DNA of 64,000 bases from Candidatus Latescibacterota bacterium (GCA_965203805.1 OZ241917.1:5728001-5792000), one strand, 5' to 3'. Counted from the first letter of the stretch, positions 10,621 to 21,710 are shown. Numbers and translations: made by a program. The notes: a model not told the origin generated them from the letters alone.

Positions 10621-12045
10621 ATGATGGTTTTTCATCTTATTCGTAAAGAACTCTTGGAACAGATGCTTAGTTTTCGATTCATCGTTCTCTCAGCAATGGG
10701 TGCATTGGCCATTTGGATAAGCCTCTACAGTGGTTATAACCATTATCGAGAAAGGGTAGATGACTACCGAATGGCTCAAGCAGCGACCAGGGACCGTATC
10801 GAAGAAATCGATGATGCTGAAAATTGGTCAGAATTCGTGTATGTTGGCCACTTGGAACACAAACCACCTGTACCTACCAGTATCTTTGTGCGTGGACTAG
10901 AACCTTTTCTGGGACGATCCATTACCAACGCAACGACAATTCGGAGGCTGAATCGAAGTCCAGCAGAAATAACCCCGTTGTTTGGTGTTTTCTCGCCTCT
11001 GGATCTTGGACTCATTGTACAAATTATCCTGAGCTTATTTGCTCTATTGTTTACTTACGATGCTGTGTGCGGAGAGAAAGAAGCAGGCTCATTACGTCTG
11101 GTTGCTTCATTTCCGATATCCAGACATCACCTATTTCTATCAAAATTCCTCGGCGCATTGTTGCCACTGCTAATAGCTTTTGGAATGCCCCTTCTGTTGG
11201 GAGTTGCTGTCTTGCTTCTAATACCTGATGTTCGGTTCACAGACCTTGAGTTGAGTCGTATTGGCCTCATCTTTATCGCTTGTGGGATCTATGTGTCAGT
11301 GTTCACTTGTGTCGGTCTTCTATCCTCCTGTTTGACCCAGAAGGCATCAACATCCTTTGTGCTCTTGCTAGGATTCTGGGTAACTACTGTGGTAGTGATG
11401 CCACGTATCAGTTTAATAATAGCTGATAGCTTTCGAACTGCCCCGTCAGTCTACGAATTGGAAGCAGAAAAAGAAGCCGTATCAAAGTCAAATGGAGAAA
11501 GATGGCGTGAGGTCAGAGCCAGGTGGATAAAGGAGCATCCACAGTGGAGCAAAACGCCAGAAGGTAGAGAAGCTCAACGCCTCTTTTGGAGAAAGACGCG
11601 GCAGGAGGTATGGTGGGAACCCAATTTGTCGCAGCATGCCCGACTGGATGAAAGTTTTCGTAATCGTTATGACGCTCGCCTGAACCTCGCTGTTATCATT
11701 GCACGCCTTTCTCTCCCGTTTGCATTCAATAACGCAACCGTCCGATTGGCGGGGACCGGTTTGAACCGACAACGTCAATTCTTGACGACATTCCATCGAT
11801 ACTATCGACAGTGGTATCAGTGGTTTATTGATTCTGTTGACGATGCTCAGTTGAGACGTATCAATTCGGTAAAATATGGCGAATATAAGTGGGATATTTC
11901 GGATATTCCGCGGCTTGTTTATAAGGAAACTTGGCCTCAAGAAGATGTACATACGGCTCTAATTGATATCGGTGTCATGATCTTTTGGGGACTAATATTC
12001 TTTCTAGGGGCCTATGTAGCGCTGTTGCATTATGACTTTAGATAA
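10621..12045 (+). CDS. ABC-2 type exporter permease with large extracytoplasmic helical region (paralog type A1)
   Basis: LIRKEL N-term, TYDAVCGEKEAGSLRL motif, multiple TM helices, C-term YDFR. Confidence 0.88.
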   Translation: MMVFHLIRKELLEQMLSFRFIVLSAMGALAIWISLYSGYNHYRERVDDYRMAQAATRDRIEEIDDAENWSEFVYVGHLEHKPPVPTSIFVRGLEPFLGRSITNATTIRRLNRSPAEITPLFGVFSPLDLGLIVQIILSLFALLFTYDAVCGEKEAGSLRLVASFPISRHHLFLSKFLGALLPLLIAFGMPLLLGVAVLLLIPDVRFTDLELSRIGLIFIACGIYVSVFTCVGLLSSCLTQKASTSFVLLLGFWVTTVVVMPRISLIIADSFRTAPSVYELEAEKEAVSKSNGERWREVRARWIKEHPQWSKTPEGREAQRLFWRKTRQEVWWEPNLSQHARLDESFRNRYDARLNLAVIIARLSLPFAFNNATVRLAGTGLNRQRQFLTTFHRYYRQWYQWFIDSVDDAQLRRINSVKYGEYKWDISDIPRLVYKETWPQEDVHTALIDIGVMIFWGLIFFLGAYVALLHYDFR

Positions 12046-12238
12046 AAGATGAACGCCCACACCCCGGGCTCCAAATAAGCGGGTTTATTGAGATTTTTAT
12101 GTACAGAAATACCGGAAAGACTAAGTTGGAGTCAGCAGTACCAGACGAGAAATCGCTGCTTCTACGAAGTGGGCTTTTCCGGTGAAAAGAAAATCGGCAA
12201 ATGAAAGCCGCAGGAACAGAGGCAGCCTTGAGTCGTCA

Positions 12239-12430
12239 GTGCGCCGTGAAAAGGCGCGGATCATCAGTGGGTGAGAGTCCCATCCGACAAATGTTGCTGC
12301 AGTCGGAAGCATTCGGCGCGGGGACATAGGCAACGACATCTCCGAAGCCTCCGGTGTAGACGGTCGCAGGGTGACTCGGCGAGTATGCAGGCCGTAACGT
12401 GAGTGAACCCTGATCAGGCCTCGAAAACTG
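12239..12430 (+). mobile_element. Probable group II intron 5' fragment (part of domain I)
   Basis: Starts GTGCG (GUGYG), followed by GCGCC..GGCGC stem, GGGTGAGAGTCCC hairpin and GCAGGCCGTAACGTGAGTGAACCC motif; no RT ORF or domain V seen. Confidence 0.55.
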
Positions 12431-13523
12431 AAAGAATAGAAAAGTCATACTGGAGTACATCTTCTGGCATTAATGAAGGTTAGCTTATGTTTGGTCGGCT
12501 TGTCCAAAAGGAACTATCGCACTATCTATCCGACTTCCGGTTTATTGTAGTGTTCGCACTTTGTGCTCTACTTTCTGCCTTGAGTGCTTATGTCGGTACC
12601 CAGAATTACATTCGTCAGCTTCAACAATACAATGTAGTATCCGAAAAAAGCCGAAGCACCATCCAAATTTCACTTGAGAAAAACAGGCTCCAAGACTTAG
12701 AGTGGACAGGATATCGCTGGAATAAGAGACCCGAATCGCTCAGTTCAATTGTCTATGGTCTGTCTGGGACATTGGGGCAGGAAGTACGCATCCAATATCG
12801 TAGACATTTGCAGTTTGAAGCTAGCCTCTTAGCGACCGATCCCATTCATGCGCTTTTGGGTATACTCGATTTGGCATTCATTGTCAAAATTGTCCTTAGT
12901 CTTTGCATGCTCCTTTTTACTTATGATGCGATTTGTGGAGAAAAGGAAACAGGTACTCTCAGGCTTTATGCTTCGTTTCCGGTGTCTCGATCTAAACTGG
13001 CTTTAGCCAAACTAATCGGTTCATCAATTGCTGTTCTAACGCCATTTGTCTTTTCTTTTTTGTTAGCTTCTCTTGTTCTAATCTTATCCTCGAGACTTGA
13101 TTTACAAGGACAAGATTGGATCCGAATAGCGATTATAGCGGTGCTGTCTTCGCTATATTTGGCTGTCTTCGCCGGATTCGGGATTTGGGCATCCGCACTG
13201 ACCCACAAGCGGACAACTTCATTTTTCGGACTCCTGGGATTGTGGACGGTCTGGATCTTTATTATACCAAATTTAGCAGTAGATATCGCGAGTCACCTAA
13301 TGCCGGTCGAAAGTGTATATGAATTAGATAGAAAATATAGCGCACTAAGAGAAGAGATCAGAGAGAGTAGGCAACGGGAGGTTGATGACTACAGGCGTCT
13401 CGCACCAACAAGAAACCTCGATGCTTTATCGCCGGAAGAACAGCAAAGAGCTCAAAACGCTCTCAGAAGTATTGAAACCAAGTGGGATATGCTGTTTTAC
13501 AGAAGATTGAACAATATAAGATT

Positions 13524-15346
13524 GAGTCCACTCCGAAAAGTCGCATTTACTTATGCTGGTGAAAGTACTAAATTCGAAGTGTGAAAAGTCAGCAAGGATG
13601 AAGTATTGAGAATTACAATTGTAGAGAGCGTGGGAGAGGACAGATGTATAAGCCGAGTGCGTCGTGCAGTCAACCGGATCTGTTTTCGAATTTCGAGTCG
13701 CATTTCACACAGCGGAAGCAGGCGCAGTTGAATGATCCGAAGTCGTGGCATAATCTGTTTTACCAGCACATCACGTCAGAGATCGACGAGGATGTGTTTT
13801 CCGTGTTGTTTGATCCCGACATAGGCCGTCCCAATGCCCCGATTCGTCAGTTGGCGGCGATGATGGTCTTGAAGGAGGGCTTCGGGTGGAGCGATGCACA
13901 ACTGTTCGAGCAATGTCGGTTCAATATCCTGGCGATGCGGGCATTGGGGTTGATGAATCTGTCTGATGAGGCGCCTGTGGAGTCGACGTATTATCTGTTC
14001 AAACAGTCCTTGTATGCGTATCAACTGAAAACCGGTCGGGATCTGGTTGGCGAGACCTTTAGCAGCTTAACGAAGACGCAGGCCGACGCCTTTGGTGTGC
14101 TGGGTCAGCAAATCCGAATGGACAGTAAGTTAATCGGCTCGAACATTGCGCTATGTTGTCGGTTGCAGTTGGTGGTGGGTTGTTTACAACGGTTCTGGGG
14201 ATCGTTGGACGAGGCCCGGAAGCGGCGATTATCAGGAAAACACCGGCAGGTTCTGGACGGAATGCTCAAGGTGAAGCCCCATCAGGTTGTCTACCGTCTC
14301 ACCCGTGCTGAAAAAGGTGAGAAGCTACAGGAATACGGTGTGTTATTGAGCAGGCTTCAAGCGATCTATACCGAGAAAGACAGCGATCACTATGGTGTGA
14401 TGGCGCGTGTTTTTGGAGACCAGTATTCGGTTTTATCCTCCTCCAAACAGGTGCTTCCCAAGCCGCCTGATGAGATCTCCGCATCCTCCTTGCAGTCCCC
14501 CGATGACGAAGATGCGGCCTTTCGTAAGAAAGGGGAAGCGAAGGTGAAAGGATACAGTGTGAACCTCACCGAGACCTGCGGTGAGGAGGGCCTCAATTTG
14601 ATCACGGACATTGACGTCAAATCCGCGACAGCGCCCGACAACGCGTTTGTGCAAGCGGCCGTAGGGCGCACACAGCACGTGGTAGGGCAGGTTCGAGACG
14701 TGTCGATGGATGGGGCCTATAATGATCAATCCAACGCCGAGTACGCAAACGAACACGACAAGCAATTCTATTACAGTGGCCTGCAAGGAACCCCAGGGCG
14801 TTTCATTTATCGACGAACAAGAGAAGGCGTCGAAGTCATGGATCGAAATACCCAAGCCGTGCAGCTTGCCCAAGAATACAAACCGGGGAAATACAAACTC
14901 ATCATGGATGGCAAACCCCGATACTTTAAAGAACAGGCCATCGACAACTACATCAAACGCAAACAGAGTGAAGCCCTGCCTGAACACATCAGAAACCGAC
15001 GCAATAACGTCGAAGCCAGCCTCTTCCAGTTGAGCTATTACACCCGAAACGGCAAAACTCGCTATCGTGGATTGATGCCACATCAGCTGTGGGCGCACTG
15101 TCGTGGCTTATGGGTCAATCTCGTTCGGATCCAGAATTACCTCACCTCACCCACGATGCTCCCCGCATAAGATGCGACTTTTTTATGCATATCCTTGCCC
15201 CAAAACCACGCGAGCAACCTCGTAAACCGCCTCTGTGTTGATGGGCCGCAACCCGATGCACTTTCACCACGCAACGCGACCTCTCAATACACAACACTGA
15301 CACCTACACACGAAATCTTCCTGAACCCCCTTCTCGGAGGGGACTC
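13524..15346 (+). mobile_element. Insertion sequence copy 1, 1823 bp (DDE transposase, IS1182/IS5-like)
   Basis: Terminal IRs GAGTCCACTCCGAAAA / GAGTCCCCTCCGAGAA; 6-bp TSD AAGATT at 13518-13523 and 15347-15352. Confidence 0.95.
13644..15170 (+). CDS. Transposase (DUF772-like N-term + DDE)
   Basis: GRPNAPIR..MMVLKE..GWSD, RMDSKLI, DGAY, RNNVEA; lies inside IRs. Confidence 0.9.
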   Translation: MYKPSASCSQPDLFSNFESHFTQRKQAQLNDPKSWHNLFYQHITSEIDEDVFSVLFDPDIGRPNAPIRQLAAMMVLKEGFGWSDAQLFEQCRFNILAMRALGLMNLSDEAPVESTYYLFKQSLYAYQLKTGRDLVGETFSSLTKTQADAFGVLGQQIRMDSKLIGSNIALCCRLQLVVGCLQRFWGSLDEARKRRLSGKHRQVLDGMLKVKPHQVVYRLTRAEKGEKLQEYGVLLSRLQAIYTEKDSDHYGVMARVFGDQYSVLSSSKQVLPKPPDEISASSLQSPDDEDAAFRKKGEAKVKGYSVNLTETCGEEGLNLITDIDVKSATAPDNAFVQAAVGRTQHVVGQVRDVSMDGAYNDQSNAEYANEHDKQFYYSGLQGTPGRFIYRRTREGVEVMDRNTQAVQLAQEYKPGKYKLIMDGKPRYFKEQAIDNYIKRKQSEALPEHIRNRRNNVEASLFQLSYYTRNGKTRYRGLMPHQLWAHCRGLWVNLVRIQNYLTSPTMLPA

Positions 15347-15935
15347 AAGATTGGAATGGCACAATCAAATGAGAAGGCAGCAACAATTGACATTAATGCT
15401 CTCGGCAATTTCTCCCTTCAGTGCTGTCAGTATTGCATCAATGGATGTGGCTCGTACAAGCTTTGTCCAACAGGAAAAACTTGAGGATGCGCTCAATACT
15501 TATCTTTTATATATGGCTCAGTTTATACAAAAAAAGAAATCTCAAGCAACGAACCAGAGGCTCCTGACGGATTTCTCCTTATTTACCTATCAGGATGATG
15601 ACAGATTAGAGGAATGTCTGTACCGGAATACGTTCCACATAGTGAACCTATGGCTTCTATTGATCCTCGGATTTACCGGGGCATATGTCACGATTCTGCG
15701 ATATGACGTAAGATGACCATTCTCTAAAGAGGCTTATCCCGTTCGGTTCTATTGAGCTTCACATGAGTCAGTTTATAGGTCGAACCCGATTCCACGATAC
15801 GCCCTTCGGACGGCTTGGAACATACGGAAGGCCATATCTCCGAGTAAAGAGCCTGTCCATCAGATTGCTGCTTGAGACGACGCATAAGGTCTGTTCCTAC
15901 CCTATCAGACGCATAACAACTCATAGGAGTGATAT

Positions 15936-17372
15936 ATGCTAGGTTGTCTGATACGGAAAGAGATTCTCGACCACATATTGAGCCTTCGGTTCCTTATACT
16001 TTCAGTGATCGCGGCGCTGGTGGTTTTGCTGAGTCTCTATAGCGGCTACACGTACTATCAATCGAGCCTGGAGAACTACCGCTTGGCAGAAACGGCGACC
16101 GAAAATCGCATCCGACAATTGCTGGATTGTGATGATTGGCTGGAGTTAGACGCCATGGGATTCAAGATTCACAAGCCGCCTACACCAATGAGTATCTTTG
16201 TTCGTGGATTGGAACCGGCACTCGGGCGAACGGTACTAATTTCCGGTGGCGGAAAACAATTGCCTGCCCGTAGCCCCGAGTCAGTTGAGCCTTCCCTCGG
16301 GGTGTTTCCTCTCCTGGACTTAGGACTGATTGTCCAGATTGTCGTGAGCCTTTTTATTCTGCTGTTGACCTTCGATGTGGTTTGTGGAGAAAAAGAAAAT
16401 GGCACGCTACGTTTGATCGCCGCCTTACCGATTTCTAAAGCAAAGCTACTTCTGGGTAAGTTCCTGGGGGTCTTAATCCCCACACTTGCCTCCATTTTTC
16501 TACCCTTGCTGCTTGGCTTGGCAGCTGTTCTGATGTCCCCCGATGCGAAGTTCACAGAATTGGAACTTATCCATCTGGTGCTCATATTATTGACTATTGG
16601 AACCTACCTCTGCGTCTTCACAAGTGCCGGAATCTTTGCTTCCTGTCTCGCCGGACGCTCAGCTACGGCATTTGTCGTGCTGCTCAGCTTTTGGGTGGCC
16701 ACCGTTATTGTGCTACCTCGTTTGAGTCTCATCGTTGCGGATAGCGTCAGTCCAGCACCTTCGTTTTACAATCTTATCACAGAAAAGGCAGCTGTTGCTA
16801 TGGCCGACCTGGAGGCGCGTTACGAACGCCACCGGAACTGGCAGCAGGACTACCAGCGGGTCAACGGAATAGAATGGCATCAAACTCCAGAGGGTCGGGA
16901 GGCATACCAGCTTTTTTTTGCTCAGACGCGGCGAGAAGCCCGTACACATACCTTCAGACAGTGGGAACGTCTGGATGAAGCCTTTCAGAACCGATACAAC
17001 GCTCGGCTGGACCTGGCCATGTACTTGGCACGCCTTTCACCGACCTTTGCTTTCAACAACGCAGTAGTCCGGCTTGCTGGCGTTGGTTGGGAGCCCCAGC
17101 ACAGGTTCAAGGTGGCAGGCGAGCGGTTTTGGAAGAAATACCGTGCGTGGTTCGCCCGGACAAAGACCCGCGACCGCCTCAGACTCGCTCATCCAGAAAA
17201 ATACGGTGAATATGTGTGGGATGTCTCCGACATGCCCCGGTTTATCTTTCATGAACGCTCGCACAGTGAAGACCTGCGGTTCGCTTTAGTGGATGTTGGC
17301 ATTTTGGCGCTTTGGGGTATCATGTTCTTCGCCGGTGCCTTCTTCACGATCCAGGGTTATGATGTGAGGTAA
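15936..17372 (+). CDS. ABC-2 permease (type A2)
   Basis: Shares HKPP.P.SIFVRGLEP.LGR, TPEGREA and KYGEY.WD.SD.PR with the 10621 gene. Confidence 0.88.
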   Translation: MLGCLIRKEILDHILSLRFLILSVIAALVVLLSLYSGYTYYQSSLENYRLAETATENRIRQLLDCDDWLELDAMGFKIHKPPTPMSIFVRGLEPALGRTVLISGGGKQLPARSPESVEPSLGVFPLLDLGLIVQIVVSLFILLLTFDVVCGEKENGTLRLIAALPISKAKLLLGKFLGVLIPTLASIFLPLLLGLAAVLMSPDAKFTELELIHLVLILLTIGTYLCVFTSAGIFASCLAGRSATAFVVLLSFWVATVIVLPRLSLIVADSVSPAPSFYNLITEKAAVAMADLEARYERHRNWQQDYQRVNGIEWHQTPEGREAYQLFFAQTRREARTHTFRQWERLDEAFQNRYNARLDLAMYLARLSPTFAFNNAVVRLAGVGWEPQHRFKVAGERFWKKYRAWFARTKTRDRLRLAHPEKYGEYVWDVSDMPRFIFHERSHSEDLRFALVDVGILALWGIMFFAGAFFTIQGYDVR

Positions 17373-17485
17373 GTTACTGAAATGGGAACTGGGCCGCTCT
17401 GCCCAATCTCCATATGCCACTAGCATGGGTTTCCGAAGGAGGTCCATGCGCTGTCCGATAGCTGTTAAGTCTTCGGGAGTCTCCG

Positions 17486-18898
17486 ATGTTCAGCCACCTT
17501 ATCCAGAAGGAACTTCGCCACTACATGCACGATTTCCGTTTCGTTGCCATATTCGTGCTCTGCGCGTCGCTATCGGCCCTTAGTGTCTATGTGGGTGGTG
17601 AAAAATACCGTCAGCAACTCCGGGAGTATATGACAGTCTCTCAAAGTAACCAGAACAGGCTTAGGACCACTCTGGAGAAAGGATACATATCCAATTTATG
17701 GTGGTTTGGTTACAATTGGAACCGAAGACCCGAAGTGCTCAGCCCGCTGGTATATGGCCTCTCAGGAAAACTAGGCCAGGAAGTCAACCTACACGCCCAA
17801 AGACCCGTGGAGTTTGAAGGTAGTTCATTTGAGACTGATCCGGTTCATGCCCTCTTTGGTGTTCTCGACTTGGACTTCATTGTAAAAATCGTCCTTAGCT
17901 TGTGTGTTCTGTTACTAACCTACGATTCAATCTGTGGCGAGAAAGAAGCAGGGACATTGAGGCTTTATGCCTCATTCTCCGTATCTCGGTCCCGGCTGGC
18001 TGTTGCTAAACTTGCCGGATCAACTCTGGCGATAGTCGTTCCCCTTTCATTTGCTTTCTTGCTGGCCTCGGCCGTGTTAGCCCTTTCTCCAAGAGTTAGC
18101 CTACAAGTCCAGGATTGGATGAGAATAGTCGCCTTGATGGGCGTTTTTGTTCTCTATTTAATGGTATTCATTGCGTTCGGGCTTTGGATATCTGCTTCGA
18201 CCCACCGTCGATTGACGGCCTTTTTGAGCCTTCTGTGTTTATGGACCATCTGGATCTTTGTGGTCCCGGATATAGCGGTACGCTTTGCCCGTTACCTGTC
18301 TCCCGTCGAACGCATCTACGACATGGAAAAACGGATTGACACTATACGTTGGGATATGCGGGCACGTAAAGTGGAAGAGATAGGGGCCTATCAGGTACGC
18401 ACACGTGTCGAAAACCTGGATTCTATTACACCTGTGCAGCAGGAAGAGGCTCAGCGTGTTCACCGTGCAGCGTACAAGTCGATACGTAGAAAGTGGAACC
18501 TGCAATTCTATCGAAGCATGTCGGACCTGCAAGCAGTCAGGCACCGTCAGATGCAAAAGCAGCGGGATCTTCTTTCTGTACTTTCGTCTCTCTCTCCACT
18601 AGGCGCGATCAGTTTTACTTCCATGGACATTGCCCGCACTGGACCTATTCAGCAAGCGCGGATCATAGGGGTGATGGGCCCGCACCTGGTTTATCTCGAT
18701 TCATTCATCCAAGAAAATTGGATACTACCTTCTGAAATTCGTGACCTGACGGACTTTTCCCCATTCACCTATCGGGACACAGACACACTTGGGGATTGCA
18801 TGTCTCGGAATGTATTCCATTTTGTGAACTTGGTGCTCCTTGCACTGGTTGGTTTTTCGGGCGCGTATATGGCATTAATGAAATACGATGTTAGATAA
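17486..18898 (+). CDS. ABC-2 permease (type B2)
   Basis: Shares Y.WN.RPE.LS..VYGLSG.LGQEV and TDP.HAL.G.LDL with the 12487 gene. Confidence 0.88.
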   Translation: MFSHLIQKELRHYMHDFRFVAIFVLCASLSALSVYVGGEKYRQQLREYMTVSQSNQNRLRTTLEKGYISNLWWFGYNWNRRPEVLSPLVYGLSGKLGQEVNLHAQRPVEFEGSSFETDPVHALFGVLDLDFIVKIVLSLCVLLLTYDSICGEKEAGTLRLYASFSVSRSRLAVAKLAGSTLAIVVPLSFAFLLASAVLALSPRVSLQVQDWMRIVALMGVFVLYLMVFIAFGLWISASTHRRLTAFLSLLCLWTIWIFVVPDIAVRFARYLSPVERIYDMEKRIDTIRWDMRARKVEEIGAYQVRTRVENLDSITPVQQEEAQRVHRAAYKSIRRKWNLQFYRSMSDLQAVRHRQMQKQRDLLSVLSSLSPLGAISFTSMDIARTGPIQQARIIGVMGPHLVYLDSFIQENWILPSEIRDLTDFSPFTYRDTDTLGDCMSRNVFHFVNLVLLALVGFSGAYMALMKYDVR

Positions 18899-19008
18899 AT
18901 GGTTGGAACAGAACCTACGATAGTTGTTCCCCTGCATACCACTGTAGAGTGAGGCAACTCCTCCTCCGACATTCAATGTCGTGAATTTGGCGGAGTGGCG
19001 AGGATCTG

Positions 19009-20643
19009 ATGAGGTCAAGATCCGATGATGTAGACTATGCCAGAAAGCGATCTCTGAAAATGGAAGTCCCCTGTGGCACCTCGGGGACGGCGAGGGCTGA
19101 TCCGGAAAAACCGGAGGTTGCGGAGTACCGTCGGTTCGCCGTGCCGTTGCTCGTCTCGATGCTTTCGATACTGTACTTTAACCTTCCTGGTTACGGTCAG
19201 TACTTTACTGAACGCAACGACGAGACCTACCTGATTCTCGCCCTTAGAAAGCAAAAAGCCCGTTTCGACGCAGCAAGGCTCGAATACGCCGCGGCATTGG
19301 AACTTAAACAAAGAAGCCTGATCGCGCTGAACGAATTCGAACGAATCAAGACAAACTACATAAACGAAGAAATCAGCTACCAGCAGGCGATGCTGCGGGT
19401 GATCTTCGATCAGCCCCATATCCTCATCGAAAAAGCGGTAAAATATCAGGCCGAAGACGGCAAAAAGCGCGTGCGGATCACCCTCAGAAACACCACGGGT
19501 GGCGTGGCCGACTATGAAAAGCTGGTGCAGACCGATGACAGCGTGTTCGATCCCTCGCTCCAGCCTGACAAGATTAATAACGTCTTTATTTCTCTGCACG
19601 AGAGCCCGGAAGCAGGCGGCACCGGCCCAATCATTAGCCAGCCTTACGAAGACAAGATTGAAACCCTGGGGTTCGGAGATTCAGCAAGCGTCGATTTCCT
19701 TTTGCTCAAGGACGTGGAGGAAGTGATCGTGAGCATGACGTATGCGGGCGCCACGGACCAAAAACATATCTACCTGCAAAAAGACACAAGCGCCAACCGC
19801 GTAATTGTCTCCTCGCCCAACTTCTCCCAGGAGTCCTATCTGGGCGAAAGCGCCACCTACTCGCTGCAACTGGAGCGGTTCTCCAACGAAAACGACGTGT
19901 TCCGTCTGGCTGTGGTCAACCTGCCCCGTCAAATCACGTATAACTTCCTCGACCCCACCTCCGTACCTATCCAACGACTTTCTCAGGTCAACTTCACCCA
20001 GGGTGTCACCAGCAAACAACTTGCACTTACAGCCTACCTCCCGGAACGGTCAGACGTACAGGTGGGAATCGACAGAACCATCACGTTCTATGCGTTGGTC
20101 TTACCCCAGGAAGTCTGGCAAGATGTGCAGCCATTGGACAATAAGACCTTCAGCGAAAAGGAAGTCGATGGTCTCGACGCAGGTAAAGTAAAACTGGAAC
20201 TCATTCCTCGCGGCGTCGGCCGGATCGAAGTTCGCGCATTGAATCTGTACCATGAGATCCAAACGGATGAAGATGTCTCCATGGAAGTCACCGTTCTCAA
20301 TGATGGAAGCAGGCGGCTGAACAACATTCGCATCCGCACCAATATGCCGCCCAGGTGGCAGTCAGATATCCGCCCCGATGTCATCTCCGAATTGATACCG
20401 GCCGAAGAATTCACCGTCAAACTGCAATTCCTGCCGCCCGAAAATGTCGAGGTCGGCGACTATGAGATTCAGATCCAGACGCTGGCGCTGGCAGACAACC
20501 GTCCCGTGGAAACGCAAGACAAAACCGTGCGCATTCACGTCAACGCCCCAACCAACCTCTGGTTGAGTGCGTTCATCGTCTTTTGCGTAATCGGTGTGCT
20601 CGTCGGCATCATATGGTATTCAGTGAAACTCACGAAACGTTAG
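19009..20643 (+). CDS. Exported, C-terminally anchored protein with N-terminal helical hairpin and Ig-like/NEW3-type domain
   Basis: Hydrophobic segment ending PGYG, amphipathic helix, V.V.NDG...L.NI...P..W and GDYEI motifs, C-term TM + KLTKR; true start may be further downstream. Confidence 0.65.
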   Translation: MRSRSDDVDYARKRSLKMEVPCGTSGTARADPEKPEVAEYRRFAVPLLVSMLSILYFNLPGYGQYFTERNDETYLILALRKQKARFDAARLEYAAALELKQRSLIALNEFERIKTNYINEEISYQQAMLRVIFDQPHILIEKAVKYQAEDGKKRVRITLRNTTGGVADYEKLVQTDDSVFDPSLQPDKINNVFISLHESPEAGGTGPIISQPYEDKIETLGFGDSASVDFLLLKDVEEVIVSMTYAGATDQKHIYLQKDTSANRVIVSSPNFSQESYLGESATYSLQLERFSNENDVFRLAVVNLPRQITYNFLDPTSVPIQRLSQVNFTQGVTSKQLALTAYLPERSDVQVGIDRTITFYALVLPQEVWQDVQPLDNKTFSEKEVDGLDAGKVKLELIPRGVGRIEVRALNLYHEIQTDEDVSMEVTVLNDGSRRLNNIRIRTNMPPRWQSDIRPDVISELIPAEEFTVKLQFLPPENVEVGDYEIQIQTLALADNRPVETQDKTVRIHVNAPTNLWLSAFIVFCVIGVLVGIIWYSVKLTKR

Positions 20644-20756
20644 CGCTAGCCCACTAACCTTCCGCCTTGCCAGACGACGGCCGGCAATTCTGTTGATTGG
20701 CGCGTCTTATTACCTTTCCCGCTTAGGGGGGAGGAGACGGGCGCGTCCGAAATACA

Positions 20757-21527
20757 ATGGAGGTACCAATGATCGAAGCCATCGATCTGACGAAGAGGTA
20801 CGAAGACGGGATACTGGCATTGGACCACCTAAACCTAAAGGTCGCACCGGGGGAAATATTCTGCTTGCTTGGCGCCAACGGCGCAGGCAAATCCACCGCG
20901 ATCAACCTGATGCTGAACTTTATAGAGCCGACCGAAGGCACGGCCAAAATCAACGACATCGATGTCACCCGCGAACCCCTGGAAGCCAAGAAGTACGTGG
21001 CCTACCTGTCGGAAAACGTGAGTCTGTACGGCAACTTTACTGCCCGGCAGAACCTGGAGTTCTTCGCCGGCTTAGCCGGAAAACAGACTGATCTCGACGG
21101 CTATTATAAGGTCCTGCGGAGAGTGGGTTTGCCGGAAAATGCATTCGAAAAACGAATTAAAGAATTCTCAAAGGGGATGCGCCAAAAGGTAGGCATAGCC
21201 ATTGTCATAATTCGGGACGCGCGCGCGGTCATAATGGACGAGCCTACGTCTGGTCTTGATCCGCAAGCCGGCGCCGAATTCTTGCATTTATTGGAAGAAC
21301 TGAGAGGCGAAGGCAGAGCTGTCTTCATGTCGACCCACGACATTTTTCGGGCTCGCACACTTGCGGATAGGGTAGGCATCATGAAATCGGGACGCTTGAT
21401 TAGCGAACGCACCCGCCAGGAACTGGAATACGAAGACCTGGAGGAACTCTATCTCGATTACATGTACGGTACAAACACGGGAAGGGACAAGATTGAAAAT
21501 CCGCTCGTCAGACAGGAGCCACAATGA
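20757..21527 (+). CDS. ABC transporter ATP-binding protein
   Basis: GANGAGKST, FSKGMRQK, IMDEPTSGLD, STHD. Confidence 0.95.
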   Translation: MEVPMIEAIDLTKRYEDGILALDHLNLKVAPGEIFCLLGANGAGKSTAINLMLNFIEPTEGTAKINDIDVTREPLEAKKYVAYLSENVSLYGNFTARQNLEFFAGLAGKQTDLDGYYKVLRRVGLPENAFEKRIKEFSKGMRQKVGIAIVIIRDARAVIMDEPTSGLDPQAGAEFLHLLEELRGEGRAVFMSTHDIFRARTLADRVGIMKSGRLISERTRQELEYEDLEELYLDYMYGTNTGRDKIENPLVRQEPQ

Positions 21528-21710
21528 CAACTGGTCTACTGAGCTGCACTTGTTTAATGGCATCGCAGTTCTACCCCCTTTCACCGAGTCTAAACTCAAG
21601 GCATCCCGTTGAACCGGGGTAACTCCAATATGGACACGCCCCTTGTTTCTTTATGATCGAGTTAATTCCCCTCAGTAAATTGGAACCCCCATACTCATCC
21701 ACAACCATTA

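Larger units (their letters stand above)
12487..15716 (+). pseudogene. ABC-2 permease (type B1) interrupted by IS
   Basis: 12487-13523 joined to 15353-15716 is in frame (...RLNNIRL|EWHNQMRRQQQL...YDVR*), 466 aa, comparable to the 470-aa paralog at 17486. Confidence 0.9.

Noticed and set aside
15195-15716. 173-aa ORF as an independent gene
   Set aside because: Chimera of IS right-end sequence and the 3' part of the interrupted permease
15880-15906. TCCTACCCTAT resembling a group II intron 3' end matching the 12239 fragment
   Set aside because: No domain V hairpin upstream
21590-21627. Possible IS3-like terminal repeat relic (CCCGTTGAACCGGGGTAACTCCA)
   Set aside because: Single short end with no partner IR or transposase fragment; too weak
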